The translations under genes were made by a program, and so were the position numbers. This document shows, one piece after another, positions 16,872 to 26,068 of a stretch of DNA of 38,753 bases; position 1 is the stretch's first letter, and each line of letters begins with the position of its first letter. The DNA comes from Candidatus Amesbacteria bacterium GW2011_GWA1_47_20 (lineage in GTDB: Bacteria; Patescibacteriota; Microgenomatia; CAZETR01; Amesbacteraceae): positions 1-38,753 of the forward strand of contig LCOA01000001.1 of the NCBI GenBank assembly GCA_001002405.1, read 5' to 3'. The notes below the pieces were generated by a model, which saw nothing but the letters and a program-made list of their open reading frames with translations, did not search any database and was not told the DNA's origin.

Positions 16872-17933
16872 ATGAATGCAGTGATCCATCGTGGCCCAAA
16901 TAACTATCAATACGTAACTGATTATCCTACACCAGTTGCTAAGAAGGGAGAAATACTTTTAAAGGTCCACACTTGTGGCTTTTGTGGAACAGATTACAAA
17001 ATTTTTACTAACGGCCATCGTGTAGTCAAACCGCCCCGCATTACAGGACACGAGATAATGGGATCTATCAGCGCAATTGGGTCTGGGACAAAAACTGACC
17101 TAAAAGTGGGGGATAGGGTTGTGGTTGTAACTACCGTAGGATGTACCATATGTGAATACTGTCAAGCTGGTCGAGCAAACATGTGTTACCAAGTAACCAA
17201 GGAGGGCCATTCTATTGGGTATTACACCGATGGAGGATTTGCTGAATATTGTCTGATCCCCCTGGAAGCAGTGTTGCAAAAGGTGCTAATAAAGATTCCA
17301 TCTCACGTTACAGATATTGAGGCAGCCGTTTGTGAGCCCTTATCTTGTGTGATCAATGGTCAAGATAAGCTAAATATTAGTCCCCGGGACACGGTTGTCA
17401 TTATTGGTTGTGGCCCAATTGGAAACTTGCACGCTCTTTTAGCCCAATCTAAAGGGGTGCGTAAGATTATTATGTTAGATTTACTTGAGTCGAAAATACA
17501 TCTTTCTCGTAAAGTTTTACCAAACGCCGTGTTTATTAATTCATCAAAAACTGATCCTAAATCAAAAATCTTCAAACTTACTAAAGGGAACGGGACAAGT
17601 GTGGTTATTGTAGCTGCACCCGATACCGCTGCTCAGCAATTATCAGTGGAAGTAGCCGCCATTTTGGGAAGGGTTTCATTTTTTGCTGGATTACCCAAAG
17701 GCACAGATGGGGGATATATCCCAACCAACCTTGTACATTACAATGAGTTAGAGATCTATGGATCTTACGCTTCTAACCGGAGTCAATTTATCGAGGCGTT
17801 GAAATTAATTTCCAACAGACGCATAAACTTAAAAGGCCTAATCACCCATACGCTCCTCCTAAAAGATATTTCCAAGGCGATTAAACTATTTCAAGCCGGT
17901 AAGACGCTCAAGACGGTGATTAGAATCTCATGA
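16872..17933 (+). CDS. Zn-dependent MDR polyol dehydrogenase (L-iditol/sorbitol dehydrogenase-like)
   Basis: CGFCGTD, GHE, structural-Zn cluster CTICEYCQAGRANMC, DGGFAEY, EPLSC, GCGPIG, ITHT. Confidence 0.9.
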   Translation: MNAVIHRGPNNYQYVTDYPTPVAKKGEILLKVHTCGFCGTDYKIFTNGHRVVKPPRITGHEIMGSISAIGSGTKTDLKVGDRVVVVTTVGCTICEYCQAGRANMCYQVTKEGHSIGYYTDGGFAEYCLIPLEAVLQKVLIKIPSHVTDIEAAVCEPLSCVINGQDKLNISPRDTVVIIGCGPIGNLHALLAQSKGVRKIIMLDLLESKIHLSRKVLPNAVFINSSKTDPKSKIFKLTKGNGTSVVIVAAPDTAAQQLSVEVAAILGRVSFFAGLPKGTDGGYIPTNLVHYNELEIYGSYASNRSQFIEALKLISNRRINLKGLITHTLLLKDISKAIKLFQAGKTLKTVIRIS

Positions 17934-18964
17934 TGCAAAATAATCCCTTCAAGAAAAACACTGCTTATTATCTAACGGAGCCGTTCGTCTTCAGAAAAAG
18001 AGTTGAACCCTTCCACCTTGGTTCCAAAGGACAAGCCGTCCTTAAAACGCTTAAATCCGCTATTTGTGGGTCAGACCTTCAGTACTATTTGGGACAGAAA
18101 GCCAAAGAAAAACTTAAACAGCGTTTACCTGTTATTCCACTTCATGAAGGGGTGTGTCTTAATCTGGCGACAGGAAAAAGGGTTGTTCCCGTTGCTGGGG
18201 ATCTTACCCAAGTTCCTAAGGAATTTAAAGGTCGCGAGAACATATATCCCGGACTTCCTTATATGGGTTCGACAGCTGACGGACTAGCCAGGCACTATTT
18301 AACGTATCCTAAAGAACTGTTAGTTTCTGTTCCAGACAATGTCGGTGATGATTTGGCTTGTTTAGTTGAGCCTCTGTCAATAATTTTCCACTCACTTAAT
18401 ACTGTAATCCCTCAGCACTATCATCGAATAGCCATCGTCGGAGACGGAACAATGAGTTACCTTCTTGCCATGGTGCTCCATAGTTATTATCAACTTCCTA
18501 AACCCCTTCTAACTGTGTACGGAATATGGGACAGTAAATTAGCTAAATTTTCCGAGTTTGCTAACACGATTAACACAGATACCCAAGACGTTGAAGGCCA
18601 AGCAGATATTATATTTGAGGCGGTTGGCGGACCTGAAATGCAACGGACGCTAGATGTGTGCTTAAAGCTTTGCGCTCCTGGATCGCTTATTGGAATTATC
18701 GGTATAAGTGATTCCCGTCCGTCATTAGCTGTAAGTAAACTGGTTAACTGGGGGGTCACAATTAAAGGGCTAACTCGCTCAACATATTTCGACTACAAAC
18801 AGAGCCTAACATATATGGCGGATTACAAGATGCAAAAGTATCTGCAAAAGTTCATCCACCCACGTCAGTTTACTATCAATTCTGCAACAGATCTCAAGGA
18901 AGCATTTGACTTTGCTGTTGAGACCCATGCTCCGGGTCGAATTTTAATTTCGTTTCCCGTGTGA
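17930..18964 (+). CDS. tarJ: Ribulose-5-phosphate reductase / ribitol-5-phosphate dehydrogenase-like MDR
   Basis: AICGSDLQYYLG...LPVIPLHEG, no structural-Zn cysteines, GDG..SY, KLAKFS, FEAVGG, GISD, GLTRS, FTINSATDLKEAF; collinear with Firmicute TarJ as recalled. Substrate unproven. Confidence 0.72.
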   Translation: MMQNNPFKKNTAYYLTEPFVFRKRVEPFHLGSKGQAVLKTLKSAICGSDLQYYLGQKAKEKLKQRLPVIPLHEGVCLNLATGKRVVPVAGDLTQVPKEFKGRENIYPGLPYMGSTADGLARHYLTYPKELLVSVPDNVGDDLACLVEPLSIIFHSLNTVIPQHYHRIAIVGDGTMSYLLAMVLHSYYQLPKPLLTVYGIWDSKLAKFSEFANTINTDTQDVEGQADIIFEAVGGPEMQRTLDVCLKLCAPGSLIGIIGISDSRPSLAVSKLVNWGVTIKGLTRSTYFDYKQSLTYMADYKMQKYLQKFIHPRQFTINSATDLKEAFDFAVETHAPGRILISFPV

Positions 18965-18965
18965 G

Positions 18966-19706
18966 ATGAAAATATTTGCGCATCGCGGAGTCTTCGACAA
19001 ATATTCGGAAAACAGCCTGGCAGCCTTGAAATCCGCCCTAAATTCGCACTTTTCTGTTGAAACCGACCTGCGTCTAACTGTTGATAATGATTTTGCGATT
19101 ATCCACGAAGACAATCTTCAGCGGCTATTTCGAAAGGATGTTCCTGTATCTTCCCAATCCCTTTCTCAGCTTTTAAAAGTTGGTCTCGCTTCGTTTCGAC
19201 AGTATTGTCAACTGTTAAAGAACTACCCCCAGGAGCTTTTTACCGCCGTCCATCTTAAAGCTGATAGTCAAACTCATACTGGATTGGAGTTAGTGTCTCA
19301 ATATTTCACTCAATATAATTTATTTAATCGGGCTTTTGTATTTGATCTGACTATCGAGGCTGCACGTTATCTTCGCAAGATAAATCCCAAAGTTCAAATT
19401 GCCTTCATCATTTCCGAGGAAAAATTCGAACCCACTGTCTATCTTTGGGACGAAGTTAGAGATTTAGATTTTGATATTGTCTGGGCCGCTGAGATTCGTA
19501 ATTTGTACAGTCAAAAATTTATTAATACGGTCAAAAGAACAGGCAGAACCTTTTATGCTGTGTCCCCCGATATTCACAGGGCTCCCGAGATATTGCACCC
19601 CAGAGCGTACGCCGGCTACGATTTTACCTGGAAAGAATTAATCGCCTGGTGTGTGGACGGAATTTGTACAGATTTTCCTTATATGCTAAAAAGGCAACTG
19701 AAATGA
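18966..19706 (+). CDS. Glycerophosphodiester phosphodiesterase (GDPD)-family protein, no signal peptide
   Basis: IFAHRG, ENSL, VETDLRLT.D, IIHED, VDGICTDFP. Confidence 0.88.
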   Translation: MKIFAHRGVFDKYSENSLAALKSALNSHFSVETDLRLTVDNDFAIIHEDNLQRLFRKDVPVSSQSLSQLLKVGLASFRQYCQLLKNYPQELFTAVHLKADSQTHTGLELVSQYFTQYNLFNRAFVFDLTIEAARYLRKINPKVQIAFIISEEKFEPTVYLWDEVRDLDFDIVWAAEIRNLYSQKFINTVKRTGRTFYAVSPDIHRAPEILHPRAYAGYDFTWKELIAWCVDGICTDFPYMLKRQLK

Positions 19707-20431
19707 GAACTATTATTCCTCTTGCTGGGAAAGACGCTAGATTTGAGAAGCTTGGTATCTACAAGCCGCTTATTATGCTTGGAGACAAACCTTTAATCTA
19801 TAGAGTAGTCGCAAGTAATAAATTCCCATTGGAAAAGTTATATTTTGTCGTATTGTTTGAACATGAACATAAATATAACGTCTCTAGGAAACTGAAGAAA
19901 TTCTTTGGAAATTCTACTACTGTTGCAGTCATAGATAAAGTCTGCGAGGGAGCGCCTAATAGTATTCTGGAAGCCAAAGAGATTGTGAGTACCAACGAAG
20001 GAATATTAATCGATCTAGGGGATATCATCAGGGAGCTACCTAATATGGCGATAGACATCTCGTCCCACCGCTATTCAGGAATAATCCCTATAGACAGAAA
20101 TCACGTGAGTAACGTTTGGGGGTACGTGGTTATGAGTGAAGGTGCTGTTGTCCAGCTTAAAGAAAAATCCCTAGAGAAAATAAAAGGAGGAGCCACTATG
20201 GGATTATATTATTTTTCGTCTGGTAACGAATTTATCAGGTATACGACGGAAATGATCTCCCAGAATAAAAGAGTGGAGTATACACACATGTTTTATGTAG
20301 GGCCAGTGTATAATCAATACTTGGCTGCGAAGAAAGATATCGGCGTGTCTCATTCCAAAATTATCCACACTCTTGGCAGTCCAGAGGAAATTAGTTCTTA
20401 TATTGACCACCTAGAGAAAACACCAAAATGA
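19703..20431 (+). CDS. Sugar-phosphate nucleotidyltransferase (BcbE-like), divergent paralog
   Basis: IIPLAGKDARF, YKPLI, WGYV, KEK, MGLYYF, FYVGPVYN, LGSPEE. Start moved to 19703 (ATGA overlap). Confidence 0.8.
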   Translation: MRTIIPLAGKDARFEKLGIYKPLIMLGDKPLIYRVVASNKFPLEKLYFVVLFEHEHKYNVSRKLKKFFGNSTTVAVIDKVCEGAPNSILEAKEIVSTNEGILIDLGDIIRELPNMAIDISSHRYSGIIPIDRNHVSNVWGYVVMSEGAVVQLKEKSLEKIKGGATMGLYYFSSGNEFIRYTTEMISQNKRVEYTHMFYVGPVYNQYLAAKKDIGVSHSKIIHTLGSPEEISSYIDHLEKTPK

Positions 20432-21162
20432 AAATCGTTATTCCCATGGCAGGCAAAGGATCGAGGTTTGCTGATGCTGGTTTTGACGTTCCCAAACCTT
20501 TGATTTCCGTGGCTGGTAAACCCATGTTCCACTGGCCAGTGGAGTCTGTAAAAAAAATGATCCCTATTCAGGATAAGGATTTTATCTTCATCCTGCGAGA
20601 AGAACATGTTAGGGATTATGCTATAGACAAAGCAGTCTCTCAGTATCTCCCAGAGAGCACGATTATTGTTGGCAACGATTTTCATGGAGCGGCTCAAACT
20701 GTTTACTTGGCCAAAAACTACATGGACCCTGAGGAAGAACTGTTGCAGACAGATTGCGACCAATATTTCATCTGTTCCCAATTTGCCGTAGCTAGAAAAC
20801 GCGCAGTCTCGGAAGGATTAGGTGGCATTATACCAGTCAAAGATTCTGATAACTCGGGTTATTCGTACGTGGAACTGGATGAGCAAAATTTTGTTAAGCG
20901 CACCGCCGAGAAAGAGCAAATCTCTCGGCACGCGGCGATAGGTGTTTATTACTTCACTAAAAGCAAATACTTTCTTAACGCAATTTCTCAAATGATGGAT
21001 CAACACTTAACGATTCGAGGAGAATATTATATGTGCCCTGTATACAACTTTGTAATTCCACAAGCCAAACCAGTTCTCATAGAGGCAGATATCTGGATGA
21101 CAATGGGGACTCCAGAAGAAAAAACAAAGTTCGAAAAATATATATCATCAAGAAAAAAGTAG
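20428..21162 (+). CDS. Sugar-phosphate nucleotidyltransferase (BcbE-like)
   Basis: VIPMAGKGSRF, PKPLI, GAAQT, DCD, YSYV, AEKEQIS, IGVYYF, GEYYMCPVYN, MGTPEE. Confidence 0.88.
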   Translation: MKIVIPMAGKGSRFADAGFDVPKPLISVAGKPMFHWPVESVKKMIPIQDKDFIFILREEHVRDYAIDKAVSQYLPESTIIVGNDFHGAAQTVYLAKNYMDPEEELLQTDCDQYFICSQFAVARKRAVSEGLGGIIPVKDSDNSGYSYVELDEQNFVKRTAEKEQISRHAAIGVYYFTKSKYFLNAISQMMDQHLTIRGEYYMCPVYNFVIPQAKPVLIEADIWMTMGTPEEKTKFEKYISSRKK

Positions 21163-21168
21163 TTAACC

Positions 21169-22467
21169 ATGCTAGACGTTTCCTCATCACCCAATATTAA
21201 ACGTGCTAAACATTGGTCAAGTGAATTAAACCAGCTCTACCGCCCCACTGCTAAATTTACCCCCGAGTCTTTTGATATCGTCTACTCAGGGGATAACTTG
21301 AATACCACAAGATTTACCCCAGTTCTTCTTAAAGAATGGTTTAATTTAGTGGCAAAAGATGGCTATCTTTTTGTTGATTACAGGCCTAATTCTTTTTGCG
21401 ACTTTCAGACCCTAGAAGAAAATATGCTTTGGCTGTGGAAGGATAAATACGAAATAATCTATCACGGACTTTTGTACAGAAACGAAGCCCGAAATCTTAC
21501 CCCCACAAAACTAGTCGGCTTTCTTGATAAACAAAAGAATTACTATAAAATAAACTTAGATCCTATTACGCTTCTGCCACCATTGGCCCCAACGATAGAA
21601 ACTCCCGTATCTGATTCTGATTCCATCCGATTCGTTTGTCGAAAGACCCAGTCAACTTGCATTCCAGGGGACGAGATATCTAAGTGGACATTCGGAATTA
21701 TCACTGATGGCAAAAGGAGAGACTGGATGGAAGAAATAATCGCATCCATTAGAGCCCAGCGCATCCCTCAATACGAAATTATCGTTTGCGGTACATACTA
21801 TGATCGAGAAGAACCTGACTTTATCTATATTCCATTTAATCAACGACGAGATAAAAAATGGATTACCAGACAAAAAAACCTGATCTGTGAGAGAGCCAAG
21901 TATGAAAACATCTGCATCTTACATAACCGCCTAGTATTGGATAAAAACTGGTATTCAGGTATGAAAAAATGGGGCAACTGTTTTGAAGTTCTAAATGTTA
22001 AGCAAATCCAACAAAACACTGGTCTTCTGGGCAACCATTGGGAGTACAATTACTTTCTGCTATACAAAAAAAAGTCACGTTTTTTCAATAAAATTATCCT
22101 CCAATTTACAGCCACTTTAGATCCCCGAGATTGGTACGAAAGCATCGTCATGTACGGTCAGTCTATTGTATGCAAAAAACACATTTATCTAGAACACAAA
22201 CAAAACGAGGCTCTATACTGGGATTGGGCAGAAGATCACTCCTTCTCGTTCGAACTGATAAACGCCGGATACATAATGCGTCACAACCCATATAGTTTAA
22301 TGTACAATTTAGACAGTAAAAACTGGTGTAACAACGTTAGGGTTGTTTATTCGCCAGTTTTAAAAATTACTCGGTTTATTGGCCCCAGAGCTAAGCTCGC
22401 ATATCGTTGGCTAATCATCACTCTCCTCCGAATACTCAAACCATATCAACTTCTTACTGATTTATGA
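21169..22467 (+). CDS. Two-domain protein: partial methyltransferase-like N-terminus plus GT-A/GT2-like C-terminus
   Basis: N-terminal ESFDIVYS...LLKEWFNLVAKDGYLFV; C-terminal WTFGIIT, SIRAQ..PQYEIIV, KNLICERAKYENICILH, NE.LYW..AED. Confidence 0.65.
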   Translation: MLDVSSSPNIKRAKHWSSELNQLYRPTAKFTPESFDIVYSGDNLNTTRFTPVLLKEWFNLVAKDGYLFVDYRPNSFCDFQTLEENMLWLWKDKYEIIYHGLLYRNEARNLTPTKLVGFLDKQKNYYKINLDPITLLPPLAPTIETPVSDSDSIRFVCRKTQSTCIPGDEISKWTFGIITDGKRRDWMEEIIASIRAQRIPQYEIIVCGTYYDREEPDFIYIPFNQRRDKKWITRQKNLICERAKYENICILHNRLVLDKNWYSGMKKWGNCFEVLNVKQIQQNTGLLGNHWEYNYFLLYKKKSRFFNKIILQFTATLDPRDWYESIVMYGQSIVCKKHIYLEHKQNEALYWDWAEDHSFSFELINAGYIMRHNPYSLMYNLDSKNWCNNVRVVYSPVLKITRFIGPRAKLAYRWLIITLLRILKPYQLLTDL

Positions 22468-24560
22468 TTGAAAAGCACCGCCATTTACTTACTATTGTTG
22501 TTCTGCTTCTCGTAACCGTCGTTGGTTACTATCCCTGGTTTATTGGTCACTCTGTCTTGACATATGGTGATTGGTGGTTTGCATATCCAGAAGGCCTTAA
22601 AGAGTATTTCAGCTTACCCCAAGCGTGGATATCAAATACTACTCTTGGGGTGGTCAATCTAAGTCTCACCTTCGCACCAAAGATTTTCTTCAATGGTCTA
22701 CTGGCCAACTTTGGCGTTTCTCCCCAACTAAATAATCAACTAACGTACCTCTGGCCCATAATTATATTCTCAACCCTCGGGTTCTTCTGGTTAGGCAGAA
22801 AGGTCATGGGCACTAATTTGGCCGGCTTCTTTTCAGCAATATTTTATAACTTCAACGTTGTCACAATTGCCATAAGAAGCGGTCATCTCACTCTCGCCTC
22901 AGCTCAGGCAGTTGCTCCGTTCTTAATTTTGCTCGTCCTTAAGACACATGAAACTAAAAAGCTGCGTTTTGCTTTACTCTCCGGGATTTTGGCATATATC
23001 GTTAGTTTCAACGAGATTCGAGTATTTTATCTTCTTGCGGGAATTCTCGGCTTAATCTCTCTCTACCACTCATTAATTCTGGAGAAATCGTTCCGAGCTT
23101 TCGTTGTCAACTCACTTCTGACATCAGTAATCCTTTTCATATCTGCTTCATTGAACATATATTGGATATTACCCTTTGTTTTCACTACTCCAGAACCATC
23201 CAGCGGTTTTGATTTTTTGGGACGACAGCTATTTGGCTCACAGAATTACAACCTGCTTAATTCATTGACCTCATGGAACATTTGGTGGACAGGTGGTCGC
23301 CAATCTTCATCAGTTCAACCTATCCCGGCCTATTTTTGGACCATCCCTGTCTTAGCCATGATCGGACTTGTTCTCAATCGACAAAAAAAGTACTCCCTTC
23401 TTTTTGGAATAATCGCTATTATTGGACTTTTTTTTAGCAAACAGTCAGCTCCTCCATTTACTCGAGTGTATGCGTGGTTGTACTATCATCTTCCAGGCTT
23501 TAACGCCTTCCGCGAAGCCAGTAAATTTTATTTTTATATTCATTTAGGTTTTTCAGTATTTATTGGAGGATTAGTTAGCTTAATCTGGTCAGTTAGTCAA
23601 CGACTCAAAAGACATCGCCTTTCTAGTCTCTTGATAATTATGTCAATATTTATCCTTTTTACTTATAATGCTCGGCCCATCGTCACTAAAGAGATAGAGG
23701 CCATTTTTGTCCCTCGGACTATCCCGCTAGAGTACCTTACACTCAAGGAGTTTATCAACTCACAGCCAGAATACTTTAAGACTCTTTCCATACCGACCCA
23801 CTCTCGCTGGCAGCTGTTTACTTCCCTCCATCCAAATTTCAGCTACATTGAGGCATTGAATTCTCAATGGGACTATTTAGTTACGCGTTTTCGTCAGGAG
23901 CGCACTCGTCATACTGAGCAGGATGTCATTTTTAGTACTTTCGATTATCGATTTAGGGGACTGCTTACACTCTCTTCCATCAAGTATGTTATCGTTCCTC
24001 TTCAAGACCTTGTTAACGACGATGACTTCTTTGCTTATTATGGCGACCGTCGGTTATATCTTGACAAACTTAATAGCTTAAGCTTTCTAAAAAAAACCAA
24101 CGTGAATGTTAATGATATCGCGGTTTACGAAAATCCGGATTTCAGACCCAAATTCTATCTATCTGACCAACTTGAGAAACTAGAAAATTTTAGAGAATCA
24201 CATGTAATTCCCGTCTCTTACCTCCGCCTGAGTAGCACACATTACCAATTAACCTTACCCAAACGGGATCAGCCAACCTATCTTAATTTTACTGAAAGAT
24301 TCCATCCCGACTGGAGATTAAAGCCGGATGACTTTAACTGGTTGCTCTCACTGATCTGGCCATCATATTTCCTGTCCGACTCGTACCATTCCGCCAACGG
24401 GGCTAGGTTAAACTCATATTATCTTCCCCCCGGAAGTTCCCAGACCCTTCATCTTTATTTTAAACCTCAAGCATATGTAAATCTCGGATTGATTATCTCT
24501 TCGGTTAGTTTTTTTACAATAGTTGTACTAATAATATATGACCTCAAAAGAAATCTCTAA
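22464..24560 (+). CDS. Large multi-pass GT-C-like membrane protein, paralog B
   Basis: YGD in the first loop; shares VQPIPxYFWTIP, PGFNAFRExSKF, IKYVIVPLxD..NDDD, VYEN and FT...HP.W with 10609-12666. Confidence 0.7.
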   Translation: MIEKHRHLLTIVVLLLVTVVGYYPWFIGHSVLTYGDWWFAYPEGLKEYFSLPQAWISNTTLGVVNLSLTFAPKIFFNGLLANFGVSPQLNNQLTYLWPIIIFSTLGFFWLGRKVMGTNLAGFFSAIFYNFNVVTIAIRSGHLTLASAQAVAPFLILLVLKTHETKKLRFALLSGILAYIVSFNEIRVFYLLAGILGLISLYHSLILEKSFRAFVVNSLLTSVILFISASLNIYWILPFVFTTPEPSSGFDFLGRQLFGSQNYNLLNSLTSWNIWWTGGRQSSSVQPIPAYFWTIPVLAMIGLVLNRQKKYSLLFGIIAIIGLFFSKQSAPPFTRVYAWLYYHLPGFNAFREASKFYFYIHLGFSVFIGGLVSLIWSVSQRLKRHRLSSLLIIMSIFILFTYNARPIVTKEIEAIFVPRTIPLEYLTLKEFINSQPEYFKTLSIPTHSRWQLFTSLHPNFSYIEALNSQWDYLVTRFRQERTRHTEQDVIFSTFDYRFRGLLTLSSIKYVIVPLQDLVNDDDFFAYYGDRRLYLDKLNSLSFLKKTNVNVNDIAVYENPDFRPKFYLSDQLEKLENFRESHVIPVSYLRLSSTHYQLTLPKRDQPTYLNFTERFHPDWRLKPDDFNWLLSLIWPSYFLSDSYHSANGARLNSYYLPPGSSQTLHLYFKPQAYVNLGLIISSVSFFTIVVLIIYDLKRNL

Positions 24561-25359
24561 ACCTCTAGTTTCAACAATCATCTCTACTAAAAACGAGGGT
24601 TTCAACTTGACTCGTTTGATAACCTCAATAAAATCTCAAACATACCCCAATATCGAGATTGTCGTTGTCGACAATCATTCTTCTGACAAGACAGTCAATA
24701 TTGCTCGTAAGTTCGGAGCTAGGGTTTACATCCGTGGGCCCGAGCGCAGTGCACAAAGAAATTATGGCGTAATTAAATCTCAAGGTAAATACGTTTTGAT
24801 TTTGGACGCTGACATGGAATTGACCCCCAATGTAATTGCTCAATGTGTAAAACTTGGTGAAAGCGGCCTTGGTGGAATGATTATTCCCGAAAAATCAGTA
24901 GGAGAGGGCTTTTGGGCTGCAGTCAAATCAGAGGAAAGAAGCTGGTACCTGGGAGATGACTCAATTGAGGCCGAAAGATTTTTCAATAAAGCTATTCTTT
25001 TAGCCGCTGGAGGGTACGATGAGTCTATTACTGGTCCTGAGGACTGGGACTTACCTCTCAGGACTAGAAAACTTGCGCCCCACGGACGAATTAAGAGTTT
25101 TATCATTCATCACGAAGGCAGACAATACTTTTGGAAAATGGTGAAAAAGAAGTATTACTATGGTCTAAGCTTAGCCAACTACGTGAGAAAAAACGATCGT
25201 CACATTTTCTCCTCCCAGCAAATTTACTTTTTACGCCCCAGCGTTATCGGACATACTTACAGGATATTTTTTAACCCCATAGTATATATTGGAGTCTGGA
25301 TCTTATTTTTCGCTCAGACTCTAGCGGGCGTACTGGGTTACTTACGTGGAAAGACATGA
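24538..25359 (+). CDS. GT2 glycosyltransferase
   Basis: VSTIISTKNE, VDNHSSDKT, ERSAQRNYG, ILDADM, GGYDE...PEDWDL. Confidence 0.92.
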   Translation: MTSKEISKPLVSTIISTKNEGFNLTRLITSIKSQTYPNIEIVVVDNHSSDKTVNIARKFGARVYIRGPERSAQRNYGVIKSQGKYVLILDADMELTPNVIAQCVKLGESGLGGMIIPEKSVGEGFWAAVKSEERSWYLGDDSIEAERFFNKAILLAAGGYDESITGPEDWDLPLRTRKLAPHGRIKSFIIHHEGRQYFWKMVKKKYYYGLSLANYVRKNDRHIFSSQQIYFLRPSVIGHTYRIFFNPIVYIGVWILFFAQTLAGVLGYLRGKT

Positions 25360-26066
25360 TTCTCACATCCTTTTTCGGGTCCTTATATCAACGAGCATAC
25401 GCCTTAAACACTGCTAACATCGTCTCCGCTCTGAAATCTACTGGCCCTCACTCTCGGCTCTTGGATGTAGGTTGCTGGGATGGTGCTCAGACTCGTGTAT
25501 GGCATCAGATCGCAGGTGCGAACAAAACTTTCGGTATTGAACCAGTTGCCTCTGCAGCCAAGCAAGCAGCCAGATTGGGCATTCGCACTGCACGTATTTC
25601 AGCTGATCGAAATCGTTGGCCATATAAAAGTGATTTTTTCGACTGCATAGTCTCAAATCAAGTGATTGAGCATCTTTCTCATCTTGACCATTTTCTATCT
25701 GAAGCTTCCCGCGTTCTCAAACCAGGTGGAATTTTGATTACTAGTACTAACAACCTTAGTAGTTGGCATAACATATTCGCGCTGATATTAGGCTGGGCTC
25801 CGTTCGACCTGGCAAATAGTTCCATTCGCATCTTGGGTTTAGGCAATCCCTGGTCAATTCATTACGGGAAGTCCGATATTCGTGGGTCCAGCTGGACACA
25901 CAAATGCGTGTACACCTCTCATTGGCTTAGGGTCTGGCTAGATCTCTATGGTCTCGAAACAATCAAAATTATGGGCGCAGGGTATTATCCCCTCCCGGCC
26001 ACAATTGGAAAGTGGTTTCCTCTTCATAGCGCTTTTATCACTTTAATTTCTCAAAAAAAGCAATAA
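25356..26066 (+). CDS. Class I SAM-dependent methyltransferase
   Basis: LLDVGCWDG, FDCIVSNQVIEHL, RVLKPGG, STNNL. Confidence 0.9.
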   Translation: MILTSFFGSLYQRAYALNTANIVSALKSTGPHSRLLDVGCWDGAQTRVWHQIAGANKTFGIEPVASAAKQAARLGIRTARISADRNRWPYKSDFFDCIVSNQVIEHLSHLDHFLSEASRVLKPGGILITSTNNLSSWHNIFALILGWAPFDLANSSIRILGLGNPWSIHYGKSDIRGSSWTHKCVYTSHWLRVWLDLYGLETIKIMGAGYYPLPATIGKWFPLHSAFITLISQKKQ

Positions 26067-26068
26067 GT

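Noticed and set aside
18966-19706. GDPD as a secreted teichoic-acid or phospholipid scavenging enzyme
   Set aside because: No signal peptide or membrane anchor, and it is embedded among biosynthetic genes.
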